A stretch of 64,000 nt of DNA from contig NC_092395.1 of assembly GCF_030028105.1 (NCBI RefSeq), forward strand, positions 43,366,459 to 43,430,458. The letters are read 5' to 3'. Below are positions 26,199 to 38,958 of the stretch, one piece after another. Made by a program: the position numbers and the translations under genes. The notes under the pieces were generated by a model that saw only the letters and a list, made by a program, of their open reading frames with translations, was not told where the DNA came from and ran no database searches. Position 1 is the stretch's first letter. Each line of letters starts with the position of its first letter. Source of the DNA: Mobula birostris. Taxonomy: Eukaryota.

Positions 26199-28653
26199 TG
26201 TCACAACCACGGATTCGGTAGCGCAGTAGATACGGCAACTGCGTTTGTGAATATGCACGTATTGGCTAATTATTATTTAATCATGATGGTACTTAACTCC
26301 ATACTTGTCGTCGTAGTTCTTGTCAAGTCTTGGACAGAGCACAGCAATGCTTCGCTGCTTGTTTGCATTCGGCCTTCCCTGAGAAATTAGACTTTTGAGT
26401 CAAATGACTCTGAAGACCAGCGGTATTCGTTTTATATTTTAGCTGTTCTTTTCAGCCGCAGTGTAGGCAGTGCAGAACCAAGTTCTGCATCTGAGAGTTT
26501 TAGTTAACGGCCCTGTTTGGACTCGCATTTATTCTTTTATTTTCCTTTTAACACTTCGCATTAAAGTCTGCGAACTGTAGACCTGCTTCAATCTCTCTCG
26601 CTCTGCACTGAGGCCATATTCGAACCAAGTAACAGCAAGACTCGAAAACACAAAGATGAACCCAGCAGAGAGAGAGCAGCTGACCTTTGTCGTGAGATTC
26701 ATTGGTCAGGTAGGGGACAAGCTACAAGCAATGGAATCTGTTCCCAGTGAAGTTACGGAGGTAATGAAGCAGATAACCTTGTGCCGACAAGCCCAGTCTC
26801 ACTTGGTGGAACAGGTATCTTCCCTATTCGTAGCTGTTCAACAGCTCACCACAGGCAATCGGACTCAAGTGTCTGCGATTTCCGCACTCATGGCCGCTGT
26901 CCACGAACTTACTGTGAACAGCCAGCATCAGCTGACAGCCATGAATGTTCTTGCCAACCCAATTCGGCAACTTCAGGTCGCCTCAGTCCCACTCCTGGAA
27001 TCTCGCTGGTCCTCCTTTACTGCTGCCCCGACAAGCTCTGCTACTTATGCTCCCGCTCCCGCGCCTGGACCGGAGCCGACTCCCACGACCTAACAGGAAT
27101 CGAGTATTCCACCACCAGGCAGATATTCTGGTGATCTCGATGGTTGTAGGAATTTTATTACCCAATGCGAGCTAACATTCCAAGCCCAGCCTGCTCATTT
27201 TGCTGATGATGTGCGAAAGTTGGCGTACATGGTCAACCTTCTTGGTGGACCTCCACTCAGTCTGTTCAACGCTTTACGGGAGCAAGGATACCCCGCAGCC
27301 CAGTCGTTCCGACATTTTGTGGCGGAGTTAAGGAAGTCTTTTGATCTTCCAGTACGGGGTCAGGAGGCTGCCCACCGACTCATGGACCTGCAAGGCAGAG
27401 GAACGGTGAGAGCCTGTGCAGTTAAATTCCGTACCCTTGCAGTAGAGACGGGATGAAATGAGAGATCTCTCATCACTGCCTTCCAGCGTGGACTGAACGC
27501 AAGGATTCAGCATGAGATTGTTGTCCGGGAAGAGGAAGATAGTGTGGATGAACTGATTAATCTGGCTATTCGAGTTGACGACCAAGTAATGAGTGGTGCA
27601 GAGAAAGAAAGTTTCAGACTTCCTACACGCTGCCTGATCATCGTCTTTCCTCGCCCTCTCCCCCTCCCTCACCACCCATCACCCAACCCACGGAGGAGCT
27701 TATGCAAGTGGGACGCATGGGCCTGTCTCAGGTGAAACGAAAGTGGTGCCGGAGAACAGGTTTCTGCCTCTATTGTGGTGATTCAGGACACTTCCGGGCG
27801 ACATGTTCCAAGCGTCCAGTAAAAGAGAAAACCTGTCAGCAGAGAGGGGAATCCTGACGGGTCGGTTCTCTCCTCAGTCAGCTTCCCCAAATTCTGTAAT
27901 GCTCGCAGCTTCCTTGTCGTGGAGGTCTCAGTCCCATGAACTTAAGTCGTTTATTGACTTTGGTGCGGCCCGGAACCTTATGGACATCTCTCTTGCTCAA
28001 GGGTGGGGAGTTCCAACTCGGGAATTAAGAGAAAAGATCAAGGTCAAGGCACTGGACGGTCGACCTCTCGGAACCGGCCAGATCCACCTTTCCAACCAAA
28101 CCATCCAACGGGTGCTCGAAGGCAACCATCATGAAGAAATATCTTTCTATCCGGTTAATTCACCTGAACTGCCACTGGTACTTGGACTCCCCTGGTTATC
28201 CCGACATATCCCTCGGATCGATCGGTCTCTGAATATGCTGCAAGAGTGGGGACCGACATGCCTGTCTACCTGTCTGGGTGCAGCTCAAGCTCCATTCCAT
28301 TATCGGCCCCTGAACAACATCAATGTGAAGGACCGCTAACCTCTTCCATTGCTGGCGTCTGCGTTTGAACATCTGCAGGGAGCAATCATATATTCCAAAA
28401 CTTGATCTGCGCAATGCTTACAATCTAATTCGCATACGAGAAGGCGATGAGTGGAAAACGGCTTTCAACACAGCTAATGGCCACTATGAATACCTGGTGA
28501 TGCCTTTTGGTCTGGCCAACGCCCCCGCTGTATTCCAGACCTTGGTTAACGACGCAAACAAGAGGAATTCCGCAGATGCTGGAAATTCAAGCAACACACA
28601 TCAAAGTTGCTGGTGAACGCAGCAGGCCAGGTAGCATCTCTAGGAAGAGGTAC

Positions 28654-28689
28654 AGTCGACGTTTCAGGCCGAGACCCTTCGTCAGGACT
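28654..28689 (-). ncRNA. Minimal type I hammerhead ribozyme motif
   Basis: AGTC-CTGACGA-AGGGTCTCGGCCT-GAAACGTC-GACT: helix I AGTC/GACT, conserved core, palindromic ACGT helix III. Confidence 0.75.
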
Positions 28690-29716
28690 AACTGAAGGAA
28701 GAGTTAGTAAGAGATTTGAAAGTGGGAGGGGGAGGGTGAGATCCAAAATGATAGGAGAAGACGGGAGGGGGAGGGATGGAGCCAAGAGCTGGACAGGTGA
28801 TTGGCAAAGGGGATAAGAGAGGATCATGGGACAGATGGCCCAGGGAGAATGAAAAGGCGGGGAGGGGGGAGGGTGGAAACCCAGAGGATGGGCAAGGGGT
28901 ATAGTCAGAGGGACAGAAGGAGGAAAAGGAGTGTGAGAGAAAGAATGTGTGTATAAAAATAAATAGCGGATGGGGCACGAGGGGGAGGTGGGGCATTAGC
29001 GGAAGTTAGAGAAGTCAATGTTCATGCCATCTGGTTGGAGGCTACCCAGACGGAATATAAGGTGTTGTTCCTCCAAACTGAGTGTGGCTTCATCTTTACA
29101 GTGGTGGAGGCCGTGGATAGACGTGTCAGAATGGGAATGGGATGTGGAATTAAAATGTGTGGCCACTGGGAGATCCTGCTTTCTCTGACAGACAGAGCGT
29201 AGGTGTTCAGCAAAACCGTCTCTTCAGTCTGCCCTTACACTTCCTCCCTTACCACCATTCAGGGCCCCAGACGGTCCTTCCCGGTGAGGCGACACTTCAC
29301 CTGTGAGTCGGCCGGGGTGATATACTACGTCCGGTGCTCCCGATGTGGCCTTCTATATATTGGCGAGACCCGACGCAGACTGGGAGATCGTTTTGCTGAA
29401 CACCTACGCTCTGTCCGACCTCGTACCCCATCCGCTATTTATTTGTATACACACATTCTTTCTCTCACTCTCCTTTTTCTCCCTCTGTCCCTCTGACTAT
29501 ACCCCTTGCCCATCCTCTGGGTTTCCATCCCCCCCCCGCCTTTTCCTTTTCCCTGGGCCTCCTGTCCCATGATCCTCTCATATCCCCTTTGCCAATCATC
29601 TGTCCAGCTCTTGGCTCCATCCCGACCCCACCCCCCCAACCCTCCTGTCTTCTATCATTTTGGACCTCCCCCTCCCCCTCCCACATTCAAATCTCTTATT
29701 AACTCTTCCTTCAGTT

Positions 29717-29751
29717 AGTCCTGACGAGGGTCTCGGCCTGAAACGTCGACT
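29717..29751 (+). ncRNA. Minimal type I hammerhead ribozyme motif
   Basis: AGTC-CTGACGA-GGGTCTCGGCCT-GAAACGTC-GACT; core intact; predicted cleavage after 29747. Confidence 0.75.
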
Positions 29752-30635
29752 GTACCTCTTCCTAGAGATGCTGCCTGGCCTGCTGCGTTCACCAGCAACT
29801 TTGATGTGTTTTCCTTGTTTAACGATGTGCTCAGGTACATGTTGGAACAGTTTGTGTTTGTGTATTTAGATGACATCCTTATCTATTTCCGCTCTTATCA
29901 GGAGCACGTCTAGCATGTCCAGAGAGTACTCTCAGCTACCTTCTTGAAAATAACCTGTACGCCAAGATTGAAAAATGTGAATTCCATTAAGACCGGGTGT
30001 CGTTTTTGGGCTATATACTTACCTCAAACAGTGTTCAAATGGACCCTAGTATATTTCAGGCAGTTGCAGAGTGACCCAAACAGTCCACAGTCAAACAGGT
30101 ACGGCACTTCATGGGGTTTGCGAACCTTCATCGCCGCTTCATCCGGAACGTCGGCTATATCGTGGCTCCAAATAATGCACTGACCAATAAGACCTCGGCA
30201 GGATTCCACTGGACTGACGATGTCGACCAAGCGTTTTCAGAGCTAAAGCGACGATTCACCAGTGCCCCGCTGCAGCAACACCCAGATCCATGTCAGGCAT
30301 TCATTGTCGATGTGGATGCATCCGGTGTAGGCATTGGAGCTGTGCTCTCTCAGTGCTCGTTTGCAGATAGCCGGCTGCACCCTTGTGCCTCTCTTTCCGG
30401 TCGCTTGAATCCGGCAGAGGGCAATTACAACGTTGGGAACGTGGGGCGTCTGGCTGTCAAGGACGTCTTCGCTGAATGGCGACACTGGCTGGAGGGGCAG
30501 AGCATCCATTCTCGGTCTGACAGATCACACTGTTCAATTTCATCCTCACTTATCGGCCCGGCAGCAAGTACACAAAGGCCGACGCTCTCTCCCGGCAGTT
30601 TGACGGATCTGAGGACAATGCCGATCCAGAGCCCA

Positions 30636-31182
30636 TTTGGTCCCCTAATCTGAGGAAAGACATCCTTGACATAGAGGGAGTACAAAGAAGGTTCACCGCA
30701 TTGATTCCTGAGATGGCAGGACTTTCATATGATGAAAGACTGGATCGGCTAGGCTTATACTCGTTGGAATTTAGAAGATTGAGGGAGGATCTTATTGAAA
30801 CGTATAAAATCCTAAATGGATTGGACATGCTAGATGCAGGAAGATTGCTCCCGATGTTGGGGAAGTCCAGAACGAGGGGTCACAGTTTGAGGATGAAGGG
30901 GAAGCCTTTTAGGACCGAGATTAGGAAAAACTTCTTCACACAGAGAGTGATGAATCTGTGGAATTCTCTGCCGCAGGAAACAGTTGAGGCCAGTTCATTG
31001 GCTATATTCAAGAGGGAGTTAGATATGGCCCTTGTGGCTAAAGGGATCAGCGGGTATGGAGGGAAGGCTGGTACAGAGTTCTGAGTTGGTATTCAGCAAT
31101 GATCAAACTGAATGGCGGTGCAGGCTCGAAGGGCCGAATGGCCTACTCCTGCACCTATTTTCTATATTTTCTATGTTTTCTA
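30636..31182 (+). mobile_element. CR1 3' fragment inserted in the Gypsy pol
   Basis: [22 protein letters not shown]; tail TTTTCTATATTTTCTATGTTTTCTATGT. Confidence 0.85.
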
Positions 31183-32239
31183 TGTATCGCTGCTCCGGTG
31201 ATCTGGGGAATAAAGGCAGGGGTGAGGGCCGCCCAACAATTAAATACAGGCCCAGATGGGTTTCCTCCCAACCGGCTGTTTATCCCCGGTGCGGTGCGTT
31301 CCAAAGTGTTAGAATGGGGTCACTCCTTCCATATCTGGCTTGACGTGCGGGAATTTAACGGACTCAGGAGTTTATCAAGAGGTAATTTTGGTGGCCATCT
31401 ATGTACCAGGATGTCCACGACTTTGTACCTGCCTGTCCCATCTGCGCTCGGAACTAATTATCACGCCAGCGTCCAGCAGGTCTGTTATGTCCATTGCCTG
31501 TGCCCCACCGCCTCTGGTCCCACCTCTCTGTAGATTTCATCACTGGTCTGCCCCCGTCTAATGGAAACACCGCCATTTAGGTCGTTGTGGATCGATTTTC
31601 CAAGGCTGCCCACTTCATTGCCCTCCCCAAGCTCCCATCTGCTCGTGAGACTGCCACACTCCTGGTTCAACACGTGTTCAGGATCCATGGCTTCCCTCAA
31701 GACATAGTGTCTGATCGTGGACCACGGTTCACTTCCCGCTTTTGGAGGCTTTCTGGTCTCTTTCAGCAGCCACGGCCAGCCTCTCGTCTGGCCTCCACCC
31801 TCAATCTAATGGCCAGACTGAGAGAGTGAACCAGGAGTTGGAGACAGCCCTGCACTGTCTTGCCTCTTCCAACTCCACGTCCTGGAGCTTCCAATTGGTT
31901 TGAGCGGAGATCACCCACAATAACCTCCAGTCATCCTCCATCGGTATGTTTTCCTTTGAATGCCATGAGGGATTCCAGACCCCGCTCTTCCCTGATCAGA
32001 AGATCAACTAAGGAGCTCCTGCTGCTGAACAGCTGATTCACTGAAGATCCACCCAGTATTCCATGTTTCCCAGCTCAAGCGGGTAACTACCTCCCCCCGA
32101 CCCCAGTCACTCCACCTCCTTCCCGCCTGGTAGATGGTTCCCTTGTCTAAACTGTGTGGCACCTCCTAGCATCTCGCCGGGTACGTGGTAAGGTCCAGTA
32201 ACTTGTGGACTGGGAAGGGTTTTTTCCTGGTGAAAAATA

Positions 32240-34640
32240 CAGTTTGAGTTTTTTCTACTGAAAATCTACATCCTCAAACATAACCCCACTCCACCACTTC
32301 ATCAATTGTTCCTTGTTGTTTTCTGATTATATGTTCCATGTTCCTGCCTCTTTTCCACAAGGCCCCATTATCTGCAAACAGTGACCTACCTATATCTATA
32401 TCCACTGGTATCTTTTCATCATTGATCATAATGATGAAAAGTAACAAGCTAATCACACTACCTTGAGGTGTGCCATTTCCCACTATGCACTGTTTTGATA
32501 ATTCTGATCCAATCCAAACTAGAATTTTTCCACCAAACAAAAAATCTTTCATCCAATTAAAAACTCTCCCACCAACATCCATCTTGTGCAATTTAATTAA
32601 CAATCCTACCTTCCACATCATATCATAGGCTTTTTCAATGTCAAAAAAACAGTAACTACAGACTCTTATTTTGCCTGGGCCTTTCTTATTTCAGTTTCTA
32701 ACCTTATCACTGAGTCCATGGAATTCCTTCCCTTCCTAAAACCACTCTTATAACTTGCCAGCATTGCCCTCTTCTCAAGCTCATACTATAACTTTTCTGT
32801 TATCATTCTTTCCATTATCTTACATATATTTGGTGTTAATGCTATTGGTCTGTAGCTAGTGGGTTTTGACGGATCCTTGCCTAGTTTCCTTATTGGAATT
32901 ACTACCACTTCTTTCCATGCACTTGGTAATCTTTCCTCCTCCCACACTCTGTTATAAAAATGCAGCAACTTCAAGAGCAACTTCTCCTAGACTTTTTCAT
33001 ATAACATAGCATATCAGATCTTTCCCTGGGGAGGTTGTTCTCGATCTCTTTATTGCTCTCACCATTTCTGCCAACGTAAATGGATCATCAATTACATCAT
33101 CTGTTCCTTCCCTCCTGTTTAACACACCTGGGTGTTGACTCATTGTTCTTTCCCTTCTCTTTCTTCCTCCTTCAGACAAATTTTCTGAACTGTGTATCTG
33201 TAGAAACAACTTGGCCATGATTTCCGCCTTATCCCTACTGGAGACTGCTGTTTCCTCCTCAGATATCATTACTGGATATTCCCATTCCCTTCTATCTCCG
33301 CCCCCCTATCCTCTTAATCATTCTCCATACCTCTCCCACAGGTGTTGTTCTTCCTATTTTGTTTCAAAAACTCCTCCAGCTTGCCCTTTGAGCTTGACAT
33401 ATAGTTCTCACCACTGCCTGTGCCTTCTTACATTGAATCAAATCCTGCATTTTATGGGTTCTTTTAACTAGCTTGAAAGCTGTATTTCTGTTTTTTACAG
33501 CCTGACAACATTCCCCTGCACACCATGGTACCAGTTTTCTATTCATCCTATATTTACTCCTGGGTATAGCTCCTTCTGCTGCCATAATAATTGCGGGAGT
33601 CACCTGACTGCTTAAGTCATCTATATTTCCAAAAATGTCAATCTTTGTCAATGCTTCTTCACTCAACTTCTGGGACTTACCCCAATCTGCTTTTCCAAAC
33701 ACCCACTTTGGGATTCCACCACCTGGTCTTACTTCAACTCTTTCACCCACTGAACATAAAACAGGGTAGTGTTCATTTCCTACTGCTGAAGCAGTCCAAA
33801 CTCCCTAGTTACTAACACCAGCCAAGGTATTACAAACTAATATAATATCTAATACTGACTCAGTTCCTGTTGTTATATTTATCCTTGTTCCTCTACTATC
33901 ATTCATACACACCAAATCCCTTTCCTCCATCAAATCTTCAATTACCTTTCCATTTAAATCTGTAATCGTATCCCCCATATTGTGCTTGAACATTGAAATC
34001 TGCACACCACACTGCTTTATGTCTGTGTTGTCCTTGTATCCTTAATAGGTTGTCCAAATCCAACCTTTTACATGGATTGTAGTAGTTAATTATAACCACT
34101 GCCTCCCCTCTCTCCCACACTTCCACTACTATGTATTCCTTATCATCTCTTTTTCCAGTACCCTATATGGTATACCTTGCTTGATTAACATAGCACAACC
34201 CCCTTCTTCCCCTAGATTTCTATCTTTCCTTATCATTGTATACCCATAATACCACAAAGTCTAAAGTTGGTTTCACCTAAGTTTCCTGAATACACACTAT
34301 GTCTGGTTTTACAACCATTTCTTTAAAAAGTGTTTGAATTTCTGGCTATTGGCCAGTAAGCTCCTTCCATTCCATTGCAAAATTAGTATTAACAACCCAT
34401 GACACTTCCTGGCTTGACTGATTAGTGAGGTTCTCCCTCACTTCTTCCCAAGTTGGTTCTACTGACCCCAAATGGCTCACTGCTGTGTTGACAACCATCT
34501 GAATTTTGTCCTTTCTTGACTTTACCTCAGCTGTATTATTAATCACTCCAGCAATGAATGTTACCACATCCTTTTTGTCTACATAAACCCTGTCATTTGT
34601 TCTTTGTTGCACCTCTTGCATCCCTATTGCTCCCTGTGAT
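32240..34640 (-). mobile_element. Decayed Nimb/I-clade-like LINE (ORF1 end, APE and RT N-terminal part)
   Basis: ORF1 end VVTFIAGVINNTAEVKSRKDKIQMVV overlaps ORF2 start ILQWNGRSL..PDIVCIQET; PTSYRPIALT; GTPQGSVIS; LFADNGALW. Confidence 0.8.
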
Positions 34641-35520
34641 GGAAGGGCAATATCCAGATTTCAGGATAAGTCCAGTGGTGTTCCACAGGGATCAGTGCTT
34701 GCGTCTCTGTTGTTTACAATGTACAGTAAAATGACTTGGATGAAAATACAAAGTGGCTGATTAGTAGGCTTGCAGATGGTAAAAGGAATACAAAAAGTGT
34801 TTGCAGTGCACTAGATGTGATCTCAGCAGAGCTTCTTTGAACAGAAAGACAGAATGCTGAATTGAGATAAGCTACTTGGTCCTGAAACATCAACTACCTG
34901 GATTGGATGGACTACATCCCAGGGTTCTGAAAAGGTCGATGTTAAGATTGTGTTGGAATTTGTAGTCATCTTTGAAGATTAATTAGATTCTGCAATGGCT
35001 TTGGTGGACTGAAAATTACAAATGCCAGTCCACCCCCGAAGAAGAGAGTGGCGAAAAGAAAGGAAGTTATATTATATTTTAGTGGTTGGCAAGATATTAA
35101 AGTCCATTCTTAAGGATGAGCTTTTCAGTACTTGGAGACACTTGGTCTAGTGTATGTGACCCCTGCCATAACAGTAGTACAATTTGTTTGGCCAGGCTGG
35201 TTTCTCACTCTTTTAGAAGTTTAACTGGTCATTGTAAATTGTCCCATGATAACGTAAGGTATAAATCAGGGGTTGCTGGGCTACGTGGGTCAAAGAGCTG
35301 GAGGGGCCTTTTCCACTCTGTATCTCTAAATAAATACAAATAAATAAACTAAGTAGACAGGTTTGTGTGGGTGTGCACGTGTGTGATGAACCCTTCGGAC
35401 CAGCGAGGGTCGTCGGGTAGCGGCAGGTCTCGACGCATGTGAATGTCCTTTATTTGAGTTTATTGGAGCTATTTTAGTGACTAATGTTATCAATGAGCTG
35501 ATTGTCATTTTCAGGATGGT

Positions 35521-37830
35521 TGTCATGTGAAATTGGTTACCTGTGCTTCTTGTTCTTTGGCAATCAGTTTTTGATTTTGACCGCATAGGTTTCTTACATT
35601 TTATGTTCCATTTAAGATTATTCTGGACCAACGCTCATCGATCAGTCCTGGATTTTCATTCTGTGAGCTCTATTCCTGAGTAAGTGAGCTCTTACTATTC
35701 TTTATATTATTCTCCAAATAAATCTTCATCATTAATTTCTTCTATCTGCTGAGTCCTGAGTTTACACAGTACCCTCTTCCACTCGTCTGAATTTTATGAC
35801 AGCAGGACACAATGGGGATTGATGGCATGAACAGCATCTCCATGAAATACATGCATCATTGCAGAAGGTCTCTGGTTTCACACACTCACTTGTGTGTCCT
35901 GCAATGTGTTCCCAGAAATACCATGAAGAGTCAATTAATCTGCTGCCCTGGAGCGATACAAGGGGCACGCTGAAACTTGCCATGAGTTCTTAAATCAGTG
36001 CTCCCTAGCCTTTCAGTTAGAATTTTTGAGGTTCTCTTTGGATACGTGTAAAGAGGCCTATATAATTTCCTTCCACTTGGGCAGAGCCCTTTCATGGGCA
36101 ATGGCTTTATATGAGAAGGATGCTGCTGTATATTCTGATATAACGCTATTTCTAAGAATGATGAGGAGAATATTCTGTCATCCTGCTGGGGCCCCAGAGG
36201 GAGCCAGCAGACTCCTACAGCTACATCAGGGAGTGTGGTCCATGGCTGACCACTCCATTAATTTCTGTACCTTCATGGCAGAGAGCAGGTGGGACAATGT
36301 TTATACAGGGATTAAGTTACCATTTTAAAGATGCTTTTGCCTCCAGGGACCAGGCAGAGTATTTGAAAGAAATTGATGGACATGACCATAAGAATTTCCT
36401 ATCATCTATCTGAAAGAAGGCTGGAGAGATGTGGTGAGTTCTCTCGGATCGTTGGTTCTCAGAAATACTCAATGCCTACTCCGGTTCCTCAACCCGATAG
36501 CCAAAGCAGTTCCTTGCAGTCATCTCTCAAAAATCCCATGTAACCTGGAAGAACCCGGGTCTCCACAGCAGAGGGAGGGACATATATGGCAGAGGTGTTG
36601 CTGGTACTGTGGTAAAGCTGGCCACTTCCAAGTCACCTGCCCAAGGTTGTTGGGAAAACTCCAAGGACTGTCAAGTGAGTGGGAAAGTTTTAAAGATAGT
36701 CTCAAGACTCTCTTCCATTTTGTCAAGTTCTGGATGGTTTTACCATACCTATTATCTTGGGGGAGACATCAACATTCTGTTAGAGCTGTGACGACAAACC
36801 AAGTTATCAGAAGATTGATGCTGATAAGAGAGATAAGAGAGACAATGGAGAAACATTCAAAATGCTAACACGAGAGAAGAGAGAGATTAACGAGAAAGAA
36901 ACACATTTCAGAATAATGACAGACCGGTTGCTTTGAATCTGAACTGTTTGAAGTTTGATGGACAGGTGATACCCCAGCAGGGGGATAAAAAGAACAGGTT
37001 CGGTAAGGCATGACACACACCACGAGATCACGAGATGACGAAACCTTGGAACAGCGGTGAGCCCCCACAAGTTGGTGGGAGTTGGAGGTCTGATTCGAGG
37101 GAACCGACCATAGACTGACAGGGTGAAAAGGGACGATCGGCAGGAACCTGGTGTGTGTGTCGGCCCTTGCCTGGGTGCCGGGTTCAGCGCGGAAGAGCGG
37201 TCGTATCCGGAACGGAGGGGTCACAGTCGGTGACCACAGAAGACATAAAAGGGTTCACCGGAAAGCTAACTGCGAAGAACATCAAAGGTCTGTTTGAATC
37301 AAAATTTGCATTCTCTCTCTCTCTCCAACAGCACAATAGCGATTACTGCAGACTGTACTAAGCTGAACTGAACTCTGCGTCACTTGAGACTGATCATTTT
37401 ACCTCTAGACTGCAATCGAGCTTGGTTGATTCCTATTACCCTAGTTCTGTGTACATGTGTGTTTTATTATTGCTAACCTGTTGCATTTATATCCTTACGA
37501 TTAGAGTACTGTGTTACTTATTTCTTCAATAAAAACTTTATTAGCTTCTGTTAAACCAGACTCCAACTAAGTGCTCCATTTCTGCTGGTTTGGCAACCCA
37601 GTTACGGGGTACGTAACAGAGCCTTGGAAAAATCTGGCTCATCAGGGAATTTTTTGGACATCAGGATGGCTGAGAGAATTCAAATTCCTAAGGTTCACCT
37701 CTACAATTTTATCTGTGCTACGGCCCTGAATGGTAGACTTTTGGAATATGGACATATCCTTCATCTTTCTGTCCTCTCAAGTTGACTATTGGAAGTCATG
37801 AGGATCCAGTTCATTTCCATCTTATTCATT
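35521..37830 (+). mobile_element. Old Ty3/Gypsy LTR-gag-protease remnant (copy in segment B), interrupted by a solo LTR
   Basis: LTR 35521-35801 (TGTCA..TGACA); PEG10/RTL1-like gag GRALSWAMAL..SRLLQLHQG; CWYCGKAGHFQVTCP. Confidence 0.75.
36787..37618. mobile_element. Solo LTR (family S, copy 2)
   Basis: TGTGACG...TACGTAACA; 4-bp TSD GAGC; empty paralogous site near 47260. Confidence 0.92.
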
Positions 37831-38958
37831 CACCAGACAGTCCCCGAATAAGACCATAAGATGTAGAAGCAGAATAAGGCCTTGGCCCATCAATTCTGCT
37901 CCACCATTTCATCATGATGAATCCATTTCCTTTCTCAGCTCCAATCTCCTGTCAGTTCTTTGTATCTTTTCATGCTTCAACTGATCAAGAATCTAATCAA
38001 CCTCTGCCTTAAATATACCCACTGATTTAGCCTCCACATTCACCTGTGGCAATAAATTCCACAGATGCACCACTCTCTGGCTGAAGAAATTCCTCCTCAT
38101 CTCCATTCTAAAAGGGTGCCTCTATTTTGAGGTTGTGTCCTCTGGTCTTGTACTTCCCCCACCATAGGGAACATCCACTCCACATCCACTCTATCAAGGC
38201 CTTTCAACTTTCAATAGCTTTCAATGAAGTCACCCCTTATTCTTCTGAATTTCCAGTGAGTCGAGGCCGAGAGCCTAAAATGCTCCTCATATGATAAGCT
38301 TTTCAATCCTGGAATCTTTCATGTGAACCTCCTTTGAACCTTCTCCAATGCCAGCACATCCTTTCTCAGATAAGGGGCCCAAAACTGCTCACAAAACTCA
38401 CCTGGGCTTTGTAAAGCCTCAGCAGTGCATTTGCCCTCTTCATCTCTGACTCAATTTGCAAATTGACCTTTAGGGAATCCGGTAGAAAGACTCCCAAATC
38501 CTTATGCACCTCAGCTTTTTTAAATTTCTCTGCATTTAGAAAATAGTCTGCCTTTTTATTTCTTCAGCCAACGTGCATGACCAGACACTTCCTGACACTG
38601 TACTCCATCTGCCACTTTGCCCATTCCCCTAATTAGTCTAAGTCCATCTGTAGGCTCTCTATTTGTTCAAAACTACCTGCCCTCCACCTACCTTCATATT
38701 GTGCACAAATCTGGTCACAAGACCATCAATTCCAGCATCCAAGTCATTGGCATACAACGTAAAAAGAAGCGGTCCCAACACAAACCCGTGTGGAACAGCA
38801 TGAGTTACAAGCAGCCAACCAGAAAAGGCTCCCTTTATTCCCCATCTTTGCTTCCTGCCAATCTGCCAATGCTCCATCCATGCTAGTATCTTTCCTGGCA
38901 TACTATAGCTCTTAACTTGTTAAGCAGTCTCATCTGTGGCACCTTGTCAAAGGCCTTC

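Larger units (their letters stand above)
28553..29812. mobile_element. Penelope-like element fragment with inverted terminal arms and GIY-YIG remnants
   Basis: 13-bp TSD CCTTG(G/T)TTAACGA (28540-28552, 29813-29825); GVIYYVRCSRCGLLYIGETRRRLGDRFAEHL on plus; LEEQHLIFRLGSLQP on minus; arms about 28575-28985 and 29408-29808 are inverted copies. Confidence 0.9.
26199..32230 (+). mobile_element. Decayed sushi-like (chromovirus) Ty3/Gypsy element with nested Penelope and CR1 insertions
   Basis: LTR 26199-26634; gag from 26656; CLYCGDSGHFRATCP knuckle; protease SFIDFGAARN; [25 protein letters not shown] and VYLDD near 29865; RNase H VDVDASG; integrase [16 protein letters not shown]; chromodomain remnant near 32160-32230. 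Confidence 0.9.
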
